64,000 nt of DNA from Macrostomum lignano (Eukaryota): positions 1-64,000 of the forward strand of contig NIVC01002674.1 in NCBI GenBank assembly GCA_002269645.1, read 5' to 3'. Of the stretch, positions 51,001 to 62,314 are shown piece after piece. Numbering within the stretch: the first letter of the stretch is position 1; every line of letters starts with the position of its first letter. A model generated the notes under the pieces. It saw nothing but the letters and a program-made list of their open reading frames with translations, was not told the DNA's origin and did no database searches. The translations under genes and the position numbers were made by a program.

Positions 51001-54000
51001 GCGGACCATCTACACCGACATTCTCATCGGCCTGCTCAGCCGTGTCGTCTGTCGGCGGCGCCGTCTTGGCCACCCGTTGAAACTAATTATTATGTCGGCC
51101 ACTCTTCGCGTGCAAGACTTCCTAGCCAATGAGCGGCTGTTTCCCAGCGCTGCGAAGCCACCGCTAGTTCGCATTGATGCCAGGCAGTACCCAGTGACTG
51201 TGCACTTTAACAGACGAACTGAGGACGATTATTTGAAGGCCGCGTACGCTAAGGTGTGCCGATTGCACACCTCACTACCGCCAGGTGGAGTTCTGGTCTT
51301 TGTTACTGGCGCTCAGGAGGTAAATATAAGATTTAAATTTACTCGTAAAATAGTGCCTTTAAATCCAGTCGTAAGATGAATCAAACTCGGCCTTCAAATC
51401 CAGATTTTCAAAGTAATCCAAAATCGGCCTTCAAATCCAGATTTTAAAATAATACAAATCGGCCTTCAAATCCAGATTTTAAAATAATCAAAATCGGCCT
51501 TCAAATCCAGGTTTTAAATTAATCCAAAGTCGACCTTCAAATCCAGATTTTAAATTAATCCAAAGCCGGCCTTCAAATCCAGGTTTTAAATTAATCCAGA
51601 ATCGGCCTTCAAATCCAGATTTTAAAATAATCAAAATCGGCCTTCAAATCCAGATTTTAAATTAATCCAAAGTCGACCTTCAAATCCAGATTTTAAATTA
51701 ATCCAGAATCGGCCTTCAAATCTAGGTTTTAAATTAATCTGGCACCTGCAATCCCACCAAGGTGGTGACTCTGTGCTCTTGGCTGCGTCGCGCTTTCCGC
51801 AAGTCGAAGTCAACAACAACGACATCTTCTTCAACCAGCGAAGCCGAAGCCGAAGACCGCCGTCTGGATATCTGCCTCGACAACTACTCGGCCGTGCCAG
51901 CTGACGAGGACGCCGAGCTACACGAAGCTCCAATCGATGCAGAACTTCGTCGGGACGGTCGCCTTCAGGCTGACGACGACGACGATGATGGCAACGTCGA
52001 AGTCGATGCCGACGTCGAAGGCTTCCGTCTGACTGACGAAATCGGCGACGAGCCAACGAAGCGACAGGTCGGCAGCTCCGGCCCGGTGCACGTAGTCGGA
52101 CTGTACTCGCTGATGCCGCCGGAGCGTCAGGCAGCGGCGTTTCGCGAACCGCCCAACGGTCACCGAATGATTGTCGTAGCGACTAACGTGGCCGAGACGT
52201 CCATCACGATTCCCTGCGTCCGGTACGTTGTGGACACCGGCCGGGTGAAGACTAAAGTCTACGACAAGGTCACCGGCGTGTCGACCTTTGTTGTCACCTG
52301 GACTAGCAAGGCTTCGGCCGAGCAGCGGGCTGGCCGAGCTGGCCGGCTGGGACCCGGACACTGCTACCGGCTGTACTCTTCGCAGGTACCTTTTTACTTC
52401 TACCTTTTTACCTCATCATCAGGCTTGTGCACTTCACTCTGTTCACTGTGCTTTGGGGGTCGGGTTGGCCCTCAAGCTGGGCGTTTATTGCACGAGCAGA
52501 GCCAAGCCGAGATTCTAATTTAGCCCCAAATTAATGTGACTGCACTTGGAATCGAGCCTGGGCCGCTGGCACATCAGAGCGCAGCTCTGGGCCACTAGGC
52601 TACGGTCTCAGGTACGTAATGTGCTTCAATGCTTTAGTAAGAGCCAACACCCAAGGCGCAGAGAGTGTACATGGCTGATGATTAGAAATTCAGTCAGGGC
52701 CGCTGTACACCCTGTGTGATCAGAGTCAGTCGTGTACACCCCGTGTGATCAGAGTCAGTCTTGTACACCCCGTGTGATCAGAGTCAGTCAGGGCCGCTGT
52801 ACACCCTGTGTGATCAGTGTCAGTCAGGGCCGCTGTACACCCTGTGTGATCAGTGTCAGTCAGGGCCGCTGTACACCCTGTGTGATCAGTGTCAGTCAGG
52901 GCCGCTGTACACCCTGTGTGATCAGTGTCAGTCAGGGCCGCTGTACACCCTGTGTGATCAGAGTCAGTCAGGGCCGTCTGTACACCCTGTGTGATCAGTG
53001 TCAGTCAGGGCCGCTGTACACCCTGTGTGATCAGTGTCAGTCAGGGCCGCTGTACACCCTGTGTGATCAGAGTCAGTCAGGGCCGCTGTACACCCTGCTT
53101 GATCAGAGTCAGTCAGAGCCGCTGTACACCCTGTGTGATCAGAGTCAGTCAGGGCCGCTGTACACCCTGCTTGATCAGAGTCAGAATCAGATTGATTTTA
53201 TATTATTTTTATGCTATCAATAAAAACGACAGTTTATAAACAAAAGCACGCAATAAATGCATTCCATTCCAGGTGTTTACCGACAGTTTCAAGGACTTCG
53301 CCGAGCCCGAACTGCTCACTAAACCAGTTGACGAAGTTGTCCTCTTAGCCAAACTGTACGTCAATGATGTGCTTCATTTCCCGTTCCCAAATGCGCCAGA
53401 TGGCGAGGCTGTCGCAGCTTCCGAGGCGCGCCTTGTCAAGCTCGGGGCTCTGGACTCGCGCAAACGATTGACGCCTCAAGGCGCTTTGATGCGCCAGTTC
53501 CCTGTGGCTGCACGATTCGCCAAAATGCTAGTTGTCTGCGAGCAGCAGGAGGAGCTCATACCGTACGTCATCCTGCTTGTGGCCTGCCTGTCGGTGCCAG
53601 AGATATTCGTGGAAGAGTCCGCCGCCAGCTCAGCTGGCGACGACAATCGGGGCAATGACGGTGAGATCCCGGCTGCACCACTGCCTGACACCTCACTCTC
53701 TCTCTGACACCCCACTCCCTCTGACACCCCACTCTCTCTGACACCCCACTCCCTCTGACACCCCACTCCCTCTGACACCCACTCTCTCTGACGCCCCACT
53801 CTGTCTGACACCTCACTCTCTCTGACACCCCACTCTCCCTGACACCCTGCTCTCTCTGACACCCCACTCTCCTTGACACCCTGCTCTCTCTGACACCCCA
53901 CTCTCCTTGACACCCTGCTCTCTCTGACACCCCGCTCTCTCTGACACCCCACTCTGTCTGACACCCCACTCTGTCTGACACCCCACTCTGTCTGACACCC

Positions 54001-55773
54001 CACTCTGTCTGACACCCACTCTGTCTGACTCTGTCTGACACCCCACTCTGTCTGACACACCACTCTCTCTGACACCACTCTCCCTGACACCCCACTCTCT
54101 CTGATCCCTCACTCTCCTGACACCCCATATCACTTCTATTTCACAGACAGCAGCGTCGAACGCAAACAGCGCGCCAAAGCGTTTCGACGAAGTTTTGCGC
54201 GCGCAGGTCAGGCTCTACTGTTGGGAGATCCCATGTCCCTGATCGGCGTGGCCGCCTGGTACGAGCGCCAGCTGGGGCAGCGGGGTCGCACCGAGACTGA
54301 GCTGGTTGAGCAGCTCGGACAGCTGGGCGTTCGTCATCGGGCTATTGGGGAGGTCAGGAAGCTGCGGCGACACCTCACCGATATTGCCGGCAGACTGTTT
54401 GTCAGGCGTCAGGTTTGTCTGTTGTAAAGTTTATTACGATACATATCGGTAGAGTGGCCAGCCACTTAGTTTTGACCCTTCATTACATCAGCAACTACTT
54501 CTACTTCTACTAATAACTAATTTACGTTTATTACGATACATATCGGTAATCTAGCCAGTCACTTATTTTTGACGATTTAATATACTATCATCTACTTGCA
54601 GTAGGTAATTAAATTCTTGTACGCGCATATTAAAGTCTACTACGATACATATCGGCAGAGTGATTGATTACGAGCTACTTATTTTAGACGACTTTATGTA
54701 CTATCGTCTAGTTGTATTATTCGATTGTATCGAATATGTACAGATATTTCGATACATATCGGCAGTCATTGCATTCATTTAGTCTACTATAAAACAAACT
54801 TCGATTACGCCTCATCGGCTTTGTTGAAGGTGTTCCTGGATCCGGCGCTGCCGCCTCCTCCAGAGCGGGTGTCACTGCAGATGCGTCGTCTGCTGGCATC
54901 GGTGATGCCCGATCAGGTTTGTGAATTTCTGAATACAGCACCCAGTTTATACTGATTAAGCACCCAGTTTATACAGATTACAGCACCCAGTTTATACAGA
55001 TTACAGAATCCAGTTTATACAAATTACAGCATCCATTTTATACAGATTACAGCATCCAGTTTATACAGATCACAGCATCCAGTTTATACAGATTACAGCA
55101 CCCAGTTTATACAGATTACAGCATCCAGTTTATACAAATTACAGCATCCATTTTATACAGATTACAGCATCCAGTTTATACAGATTACAGCATCCAGTTT
55201 ATACAGATTACAGCACCCAGTTTATACTGATTAAGCACCCAGTTTATACAGATTACAGCACCCAGTTTATACAGATTACAGCATCCAGTTTATACAAATT
55301 ACAGCATCCATTTTATACAGATTACAGCATCCAGTTTATACAGATTACAGCATCCAGTTTATACAGATTACAGCACCCAGTTTATACTGATTAAGCACCC
55401 AGTTTATACAGATTACAGCACCCAGTTTATACAGATTACAGCATCCAGTTTATACAAATTACAGCATCCATTTTATACAGATTACAGCATCCAGTTTATA
55501 CAGATCACAGCATCCAGTTTATACAGATCACAGCACCGCATTCGCCACTGTCCGCACTCGCAGGTGGCCAGCAAAATCCCGGACAAGCCACGCGTCTATC
55601 GCTGCCGCAGCCTGGCAGGTGACCTGTACATCCATCCCAGCAGCGTGCTGGCCAGGGAGCTGCCTCCGACTGTACTGTTCCAGGAGGTGCACGAGTCTTC
55701 CAAGATGTTCATGCGATGCGTGTGCGCGATTGACGAATCCTGGTTGAGCACCGCCCAGGACAATCGGGTCTAA
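48061..55773 (+). CDS. DHX37: DEAH-box RNA helicase DHX37 (Dhr1/kurz), ~1047 aa as modelled; start codon uncertain
   Basis: Exons 48061-48575, 49231-49906, 50942-51319, 51762-52385, 53273-53660, 54147-54412, 54830-54916, 55564-55773; 3144 nt with consistent phases. Motifs [82 protein letters not shown]2, and OB-fold IHPSSVL. Confidence 0.92.
48600..49170. repeat. ~38-bp minisatellite in DHX37 intron 1
   Basis: AGAATCCCACATGG(G/A)AA(G/C)AATCTTGAGTTTGATCCCCT units. Confidence 0.92.
49965..50115 (+). mobile_element. tRNA-derived CORE-type SINE in DHX37 intron 2
   Basis: B box GGTTCGATTCCC followed by GTCCTT..GCAAGA..ACACTTAACTCT..TGCTTCAGTTCACCCAGCTGTAAAATGGG, which resembles the MIR/CORE domain. 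Confidence 0.7.
50385..50870. repeat. 24-bp minisatellite (CGGAAACGGTTTCTAAGAATCGCT)n in DHX37 intron 2
   Basis: Tandem copies. Confidence 0.95.
51385..51740. repeat. 36-bp minisatellite in DHX37 intron 3
   Basis: AATCGGCCTTCAAATCCAGATTTTAAATTAATCCA units. Confidence 0.93.
52545..52606 (-). mobile_element. tRNA-derived SINE head / pseudo-tRNA
   Basis: - strand GTAGCCTAGTGG (A box-like) ... GGCTCGATTCC (B box-like); no intact cloverleaf. Confidence 0.5.
52695..53182. repeat. 36-bp minisatellite in DHX37 intron 4
   Basis: GTCAGTCAGGGCCGCTGTACACCCTGTGTGATCAGT units. Confidence 0.95.
53685..54125. repeat. 17-20-bp minisatellite (CTCTCTCTGACACCCCA) in DHX37 intron 5
   Basis: Tandem copies; related array at 55930-56812. 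Confidence 0.93.
54430..54775. repeat. Four ~105-bp diverged units with a conserved palindromic core CGATACATATCG
   Basis: Cores at 54437, 54534, 54643, 54750. Confidence 0.85.
54940..55540. repeat. 23-bp minisatellite (CAGCATCCAGTTTATACAGATTA) in DHX37 intron 7
   Basis: Tandem copies with a higher-order pattern. Confidence 0.95.
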
Positions 55774-55929
55774 CTAATGAACTGGCATTTGACTGCATTT
55801 TGATGTATTCTCTTACCGATAAGTATACGCTTAGCGTGGACTTTGGACGCTATGTTTTCTGATGCTAGCGGAATAATGAAATTCTCTTTTTGAATGCCCT
55901 GTTCATTGACTTTGTTATTTCTATCTACC

Positions 55930-56812
55930 TGACACCCTGACACTCGGCTCTTCCTGACACCACTCTCCCTGACACCCACTCTTCCTGATACCCCCCACTC
56001 TCCCTGACACCCCTGCTCTCTCTGACACCCCACTCTCCCTGACACCCTGCTCTCTCTGACACCCCACTCTCCGTTACACCCACTCTCCCTGACACCCACT
56101 CTCCCTTACACCCACTCTCCCTGACACCCACTCTCCCTGACACCCACTCTCCCTTACACCCACTCTCCCTTACACCCACTCTCCCTGACACCCACTCTCT
56201 GTAACACCCACTCTCCCTTACACCCACTCTCCCTTACACCCACTCTCCCTTACACCCACTCTCCCTTACACCCACTCTCCCTTACACCCACTCTCCCTGA
56301 CACCCACTCTCCCTGACACCCACTCTCCCTTACACCCACTCTCCCTTACACCCACTCTCCCTTACACCCACTCTCCCTTACACCCACTCTCCCTGACACC
56401 ACACTCTCTGTAACACCCACTCTCCCTTACACCCACTCTCCCTTACACCCACTCTCCCTTACACCCACTCTCCCTTACACCCACTCTCCCTTACACCCAC
56501 TCTCCCTTACACCCACTCTCCCTGACACCCACTCTCCCTGACACCCACTCTCCCTTACACCCACTCTCCCTTACACCCACTCTCCCTTACACCCACTCTC
56601 CCTTACACCCACTCTCCCTGACACCCACTCTCTGTAACACCCACTCTCCCTTACACCCACTCTCCCTTACACCCACTCTCCCTTACACCCACTCTCCCTT
56701 ACACCCACTCTCCCTTACACCCACTCTCCCTTACACCCACTCTCCCTGACACCACACTCTCTGTAACACCCCACTCTCCCTGACACCCCGATCTTCCTGA
56801 CACCCACTCCAG
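55930..56812. repeat. 17-bp minisatellite (CTCTCCCT(T/G)ACACCCA)n
   Basis: Tandem copies. Confidence 0.95.
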
Positions 56813-57259
56813 TAGCCCTAATATTGCACTGGATTGAAACCAGCTCTCAGAAGTGTAGCAGGTATTTAAATCCACAGTTACTCACTTGATAGAGTTGCTG
56901 GGGTTTGTGAATCGCCGTCGTTGAACAAACGATAATGCTTTATATAGCTAAGCTTATAGGATGGCCTTCGTGATTCAAACTACATGTAGCTCAAAGTGAG
57001 CATCAAGCGGTGATAATGAAAAGCAAATTTGAGCAAAGGGACCGAAGTACTCTTATTACGTAAATCAGCCACTACACCCACGCACAAAAGTTCCGACTGT
57101 CGCTGTTGGACCTTTGATCATAATTTTGACAGCAGAATTCTCACTCTGGCAGAGATGAGTGCGTCAAATTACCTGAATTAAAAATTTAATCTTCATTTTC
57201 ACATTGATACTAGAAGCTGCGTGTGTTAAAATAGTTCTTTGTGACGTTTTTACCTGTGA

Positions 57260-58975
57260 TTCGTGTGTGCTCATAATTCCCTGTGATCTGTGTGTGTGCT
57301 CATAATTCCCTGTGATCTGTGTGTGCGCTCATAATTCCCTGTGATCTGTGTGTGTGCTCATAATTCCCTGTGATCTGTGTGTGCTCATAATTCCCTGTGA
57401 TTTGTGTGTGCTCATAATTCCCTGTGATTTGTGTTTGTGCTCATAATTCCCTGTGATCTGTGTGTGCTCATAATTCCCTGTGATCTGTGTGTGTGCTCAT
57501 AATTCCCTGTGATCTGTGTGTGTGCTCATAATTCCCTGTGATCTGTGTGTGCTCATAATTCCCTGTGATTTGTGTGTGTGCTCATAATTCCATGTTATTT
57601 GTGTTTGTGCTCATAATTCCCTGTGATCTGTGTGTGCTCATAATTCCCTGTGATTTGTGTTTGTGCTCATAATTCCATGTGATTTGTGTGTGCTCATAAT
57701 TCCCTGTGATTTGTGTGTGTGCTCATAATTCCCTGTGATCTGTGTGTGTGCTCATAATTCCCTGTGATTTGTGTGTGTGCTCATAATTCCCTGTGATTTG
57801 TGTGTGTGCTCATAATTCCATGTGATTTGTGTTTGTGCTCATAATTCCCTGTGATCTGTGTGTGCTCATAATTCCCTGTGATTTGTGTTTGTGCTCATAA
57901 TTCCATGTGATTTGTGTGTGCTCATAATTCCCTGTGATTTGTGTGTGTGCTCATAATTCCCTGTGATCTGTGTGTGTGCTCATAATTCCCCGTGATTTGT
58001 GTGTGTGCTCATAATTCCCCGTGATTTGTGTTTGTGCTCATAATTCCATGTGATTTGTGTGTGCTCATAATTCCCTGTGATTTGTGTGTGTGCTCATAAT
58101 TCCCTGTGATCTGTGTGTGTGCTCATAATTCCCTGTGATTTGTGTGTGTGCTCATAATTCCCTGTGATCTGTGTGTGTGCTCATAATTCCCTGTGATTTG
58201 TGTGTGTGCTCATAATTCCCTGTGATCTGTGTGTGTGCTCATAATTCCCTGTGATCTGTGTGTGTGCTCATAATTCCCTGTGATCTGTGTGTGTGCTCAT
58301 AATTCCCTGTGATCTGTGTGTGTGCTCATAATTCCCTGTGATCTGTGTGTGTGCTCATAATTCCCTGTGATCTGTGTGTGCTCATAATTCCCTGTGATTT
58401 GTGTTTGTGCTCATAATTCCATGTGATTTGTGTGTGCTCATAATTCCCTGTGATTTGTGTGTGTGCTCATAATTCCCTGTGATCTGTGTGTGTGCTCATA
58501 ATTCCCCGTGATTTGTGTGTGTGCTCATAATTCCCCGTGATTTGTGTTTGTGCTCATAATTCCATGTGATTTGTGTGTGCTCATAATTCCCTGTGATTTG
58601 TGTGTGTGCTCATAATTCCCTGTGATCTGTGTGTGTGCTCATAATTCCCTGTGATTTGTGTGTGTGCTCATAATTCCCTGTGATCTGTGTGTGTGCTCAT
58701 AATTCCCTGTGATTTGTGTGTGTGCTCATAATTCCCTGTGATCTGTGTGTGTGCTCATAATTCCCTGTGATCTGTGTGTGTGCTCATAATTCCCTGTGAT
58801 TTGTGTGTGCACTCATAATTCCCTGTGATTTGTGTGTGTGCTCATAATTCCCTGTGATCTGTGTGTGTGCTCATAATTCCCTGTGATTTGTGTGTGCGCT
58901 CATAATTCCCTGTGATTTGTGTGTGTGCTCATAATTCCCTGTGATTTGTGTGTGTGTTCATAATTCCCTGTGATT
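57260..58975. repeat. 27/29-bp minisatellite (GTGCTCATAATTCCCTGTGATCTGTGTGT)n
   Basis: About 60 copies. Confidence 0.97.
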
Positions 58976-59384
58976 TTAAGGAAATTCCAAATCCTACTGT
59001 TGTTGACTCTATCCAGAACGACCCTGTGTTGTGAGCTGCTAAAGTCAGCTGAACTTTGCTAGCAAATATTGCAGCAACTCGTGATGGATGAAGTCTCCAT
59101 GTTTTCACCGCTCTAAAAAATCCAGTGTACATGGGGCAGCTAATGAAAAACTTGCAGATTGATGGAATATATTCCCAGATAATTTGCATCAGGCAGATCA
59201 GATATTTTTAGAATGATGGAACTCAGTTCGCAACCCTGTGGCTGCCGGTTTTTTTATTAATTCTATTGACTGCATTGGGATCAGCTTTTTCTGAGTGAAA
59301 ATGCCTTCTGTAGATTGCATATTTGCTGTGGGCCAAGCTGTGATATTTTTCTGCACTTGGTGACCTTTAATGTGTGGCTGCTGC

Positions 59385-60965
59385 TGTTCCCTGATCCTTC
59401 AGTGCTGCCCCCTGATCCTCAGTGCTGTTGTCCCCCTGATCCTTCAGTGCTGCTGTCCCCCCTGATCCTTCAGTGCTGCTGTCCCCCCTGATCCTTCAGT
59501 GCTGCTGTCCCCCCTGATCCTTCAGTGCTGCTGTCCCCTGATCTTTCAGTGCTGCTGTCCCCTGATCCTTCAGTGCTGCCCCCCCTGATCCTTCAGTGCT
59601 GTCCCCCCTGATCCTGCAGTGCTGCTGTCCCCCCCTCTGATCCTTCAGTGCTGCTGTCCCCCCTGATCCTTCAGTGCTGTCCCCCCTGATCCTTCAGTGC
59701 TGTCCCCCCTGATCCTTCAGTGCTTCTGTCCCCCCTGATCCTTCAGTGCTGCTGTCCCCCCTGATCCTTCAGTGCTGCTGTCCCCTGATCCTTCAGTGCT
59801 GTCCCCCCTGATCCTTCAGTGCTGCCCCCCTTGATCCTTCAGTGCTGTCCCCCCTGATCCTTCAGTGCTGCCCCCCCTGATCCTTCAGTGCTGTCCCCCC
59901 TGATCCTTCAGTGCTGCTGTCCCCCTGATCCTTCAGTGCTGTCCCCCCTGATCCTTCAGTGCTGCTGTCCCCCCTGATCCTTCAGTGCTGCTGGCCCCCC
60001 TGATCCTTCAGTGCTGCTGCCCCCTGATCCTTCAGTGCTGCTGTCCCCCCTGATCCTTCAGTGCTGTCCCCCCTGATCCTTCAATGCTGTCCCCCCCTGA
60101 TCCTTCAGTGCTGTCCCCCCTGATCCTTCAATGCTGTCCCCCCTGATCCTTCAATGCTGTCCCCCCTGATCCTTCAGTGCTGTCCCCCCTGATCCTTCAA
60201 TGCTGTCCCCCTGATCCTTCAATGCTGTCCCCCCTGATCCTTCAATGCTGTCCCCCCTGATCCTTCAGTGCTGTCCCCCTGATCCTTCAGTGCTGCTGTC
60301 CCCCCTGATCCTTCAATGCTGTCCCCCCTGATCCTTAAATGCTGTCCCCCCTGATCCTTCAATGCTGTCCCCCCTGATCCTTCAGTGCTGCTGTCCCCCC
60401 TGATCCTTCAGTGCTGCTGTCCCCCTGATCCTTCAATGCTGTCCCCCCTGATCCTTCAGTGCTGTCCCCTGATCCTTCAGTGCTGCTGTCCCCCCTGATC
60501 CTTCAGTGCTGTCCCCCCTGATCCTTCAGTGCTGCTGTCCCCCCTGATCCTTCAGTGCTGCTGTCCCCCCTGATCCTTCAGTGCTGTCCCCTGATCCTTC
60601 AGTGCTGCTGTCCCCCCTGATCCTTCAGTGCTGCTGTCCCTCCTGATCCTTCAATGCTGTCCCCCCTGATCCTTCAATGCTGTCCCCCCTGATCCTGCAG
60701 TGCTGCTGTCCCCCCTGCTGATCCTTCAGTGCTGCTGTCCCCCCTGATCCTTCAATGCTGTCCCCCCTGATCCTGCAGTGCTGCTGTCCCCCCCTGCTGA
60801 TCCTTCAGTGCTGCTGTCCCCCCTGATCCTTCAATGCTGTCCCCCTTGATCCTGCAGTGCTGCTGTCCCCCCCTGCTGATCCTTCAGTGCTGCTGTCCCC
60901 CTGATCCTTCAATGCTGTCCCCCCTGATCCTGCAGTGCTGCTGTCCCCCCCTGCTGATCCTTCAG
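59385..60965. repeat. 23-27-bp minisatellite (CTGATCCTTCAGTGCTGCTGTCCCCC)n
   Basis: About 60 copies. Confidence 0.97.
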
Positions 60966-61374
60966 TGCCGCTGCCTCTTGTTTTGAGCAGCAGTTTGAGC
61001 TGAGAATTGAGCTGCCCGAATGCAAAAGATAAACTTGAACACAGCTTTGTCAGCAGCTGCTCATCGATTTCAACATCCCAGAAGGCTGCTGGGAGCCTTC
61101 ATCTTCATTGCTCTGGCCAGAAATTCAATTTGCAACCCGCCAATTTCTAACAGTCCTCGCGGGCCTCAGGTGTGCCTAGCTGTTAAGGCAGCTGCTTGAG
61201 GCACTGTTGCACCGGCTGCGTAAACCCCCCGGGGCTTTGGAACCGTTTTTTATTTAGAATTATTTATTCATAATAAAATACGCCATGAGAGTCGAATTTC
61301 TGACTTATTTTAGACTGAATGACACTTACCCGAAAGTAGAGAAATGAGAGTTTAAGAGATCTGAAAAAGCTGAT

Positions 61375-61870
61375 GCAGGAAGCTGAGAGTGAGATTAGAG
61401 AGCGAGACTGTGAGACTGAGAGTGAGATTAGATATGCAGACTGAGAGTGAGAGTAGAGATGCAGACTGACGGTGAGAGTAGAGATGCAGACTGAGAGTGA
61501 GAGTAGAGATGCAGAATGGAAGACTGAGAGTGGGAGTGGAGATGCAGACTGAGAGTGAGAGTAGAAATGCAGACTGAGAGTGAGAGTAGAGATGCAGACT
61601 GAGAGTGAGAGTAGAAATGCAGACTGAGAGTGAGAGTAGAGATGCAGACTGAGAGTGAGAGTAGAGATGCAGACTGAGAGACTGACAGTGAGAGTAGAGA
61701 TGCAGACTGACGGTGAGAGTAGAGATGCAGACTGAGAGTGAGAGTAGAGATGCAGACTGACGGTGAGAGTAGAGATGCAGACTGAGAGTGAGAGTAGAGA
61801 TGCAGAATGGAAGACTGAGAGTGGGAGTAGAGATGCAGACTGGAAGACTGAGAGTGAGGTAGAGAGAGAG
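61375..61870. repeat. 25-bp minisatellite (GAGATGCAGACTGAGAGTGAGAGTA)n
   Basis: Tandem copies next to the Penelope 3' end. Confidence 0.93.
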
Positions 61871-61911
61871 AGAAGAGAGGTCACGGCGTTTTTAAAAAAT
61901 AATGTATTAAA

Positions 61912-61957
61912 TCTGGGCTACCGGTTTCGAGCCTCTGGGCTCTTCGTCAGGTCAAAA
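61912..61957 (-). ncRNA. Minimal type I hammerhead ribozyme in the Penelope-like element 3' region (pLTR)
   Basis: - strand CUGACGA-A-GAGCC(CAGA)GGCUC-GAAA-CCGG-UA: conserved core, 5-bp stem II, palindromic ACCGGU stem III, GUA cleavage triplet; stem I imperfect. Confidence 0.75.
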
Positions 61958-62314
61958 AATCTGTGTGTCATGCAATTCAAATTGGTCTGTTAAGTATTAT
62001 TTTTCTTAGTCTGATAAAATTGATGAGTAGTTGTACATATGAGGGATGTACATTTAAAACCCTGTTTTGCCTAGCTCTAACTTGTCCCAGAGGCTTTCCA
62101 CCATTAATTTTAAACGACAGTATATTTGTTATAAAAATTGTTATTTCGAAGTACTATACGATATGCGATACTATACGATTAGATGAAATGCCGGTATTGG
62201 GGGTAGGAGCATAAAAATCGATAATTGAGCGTACAATTAAGCAGTTTGAATAAAATAAAATAAATGACACGTGAATAAATATTGTACTTCAATAGGGTAA
62301 AAATAGCGCATTGG

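Noticed and set aside
56880-61210. Possible - strand gene in the unique spacers between minisatellites (56886-56937, 58980-59380, 60965-61200)
   Set aside because: No phase-consistent exon chain or recognisable domain; frames contain stops.
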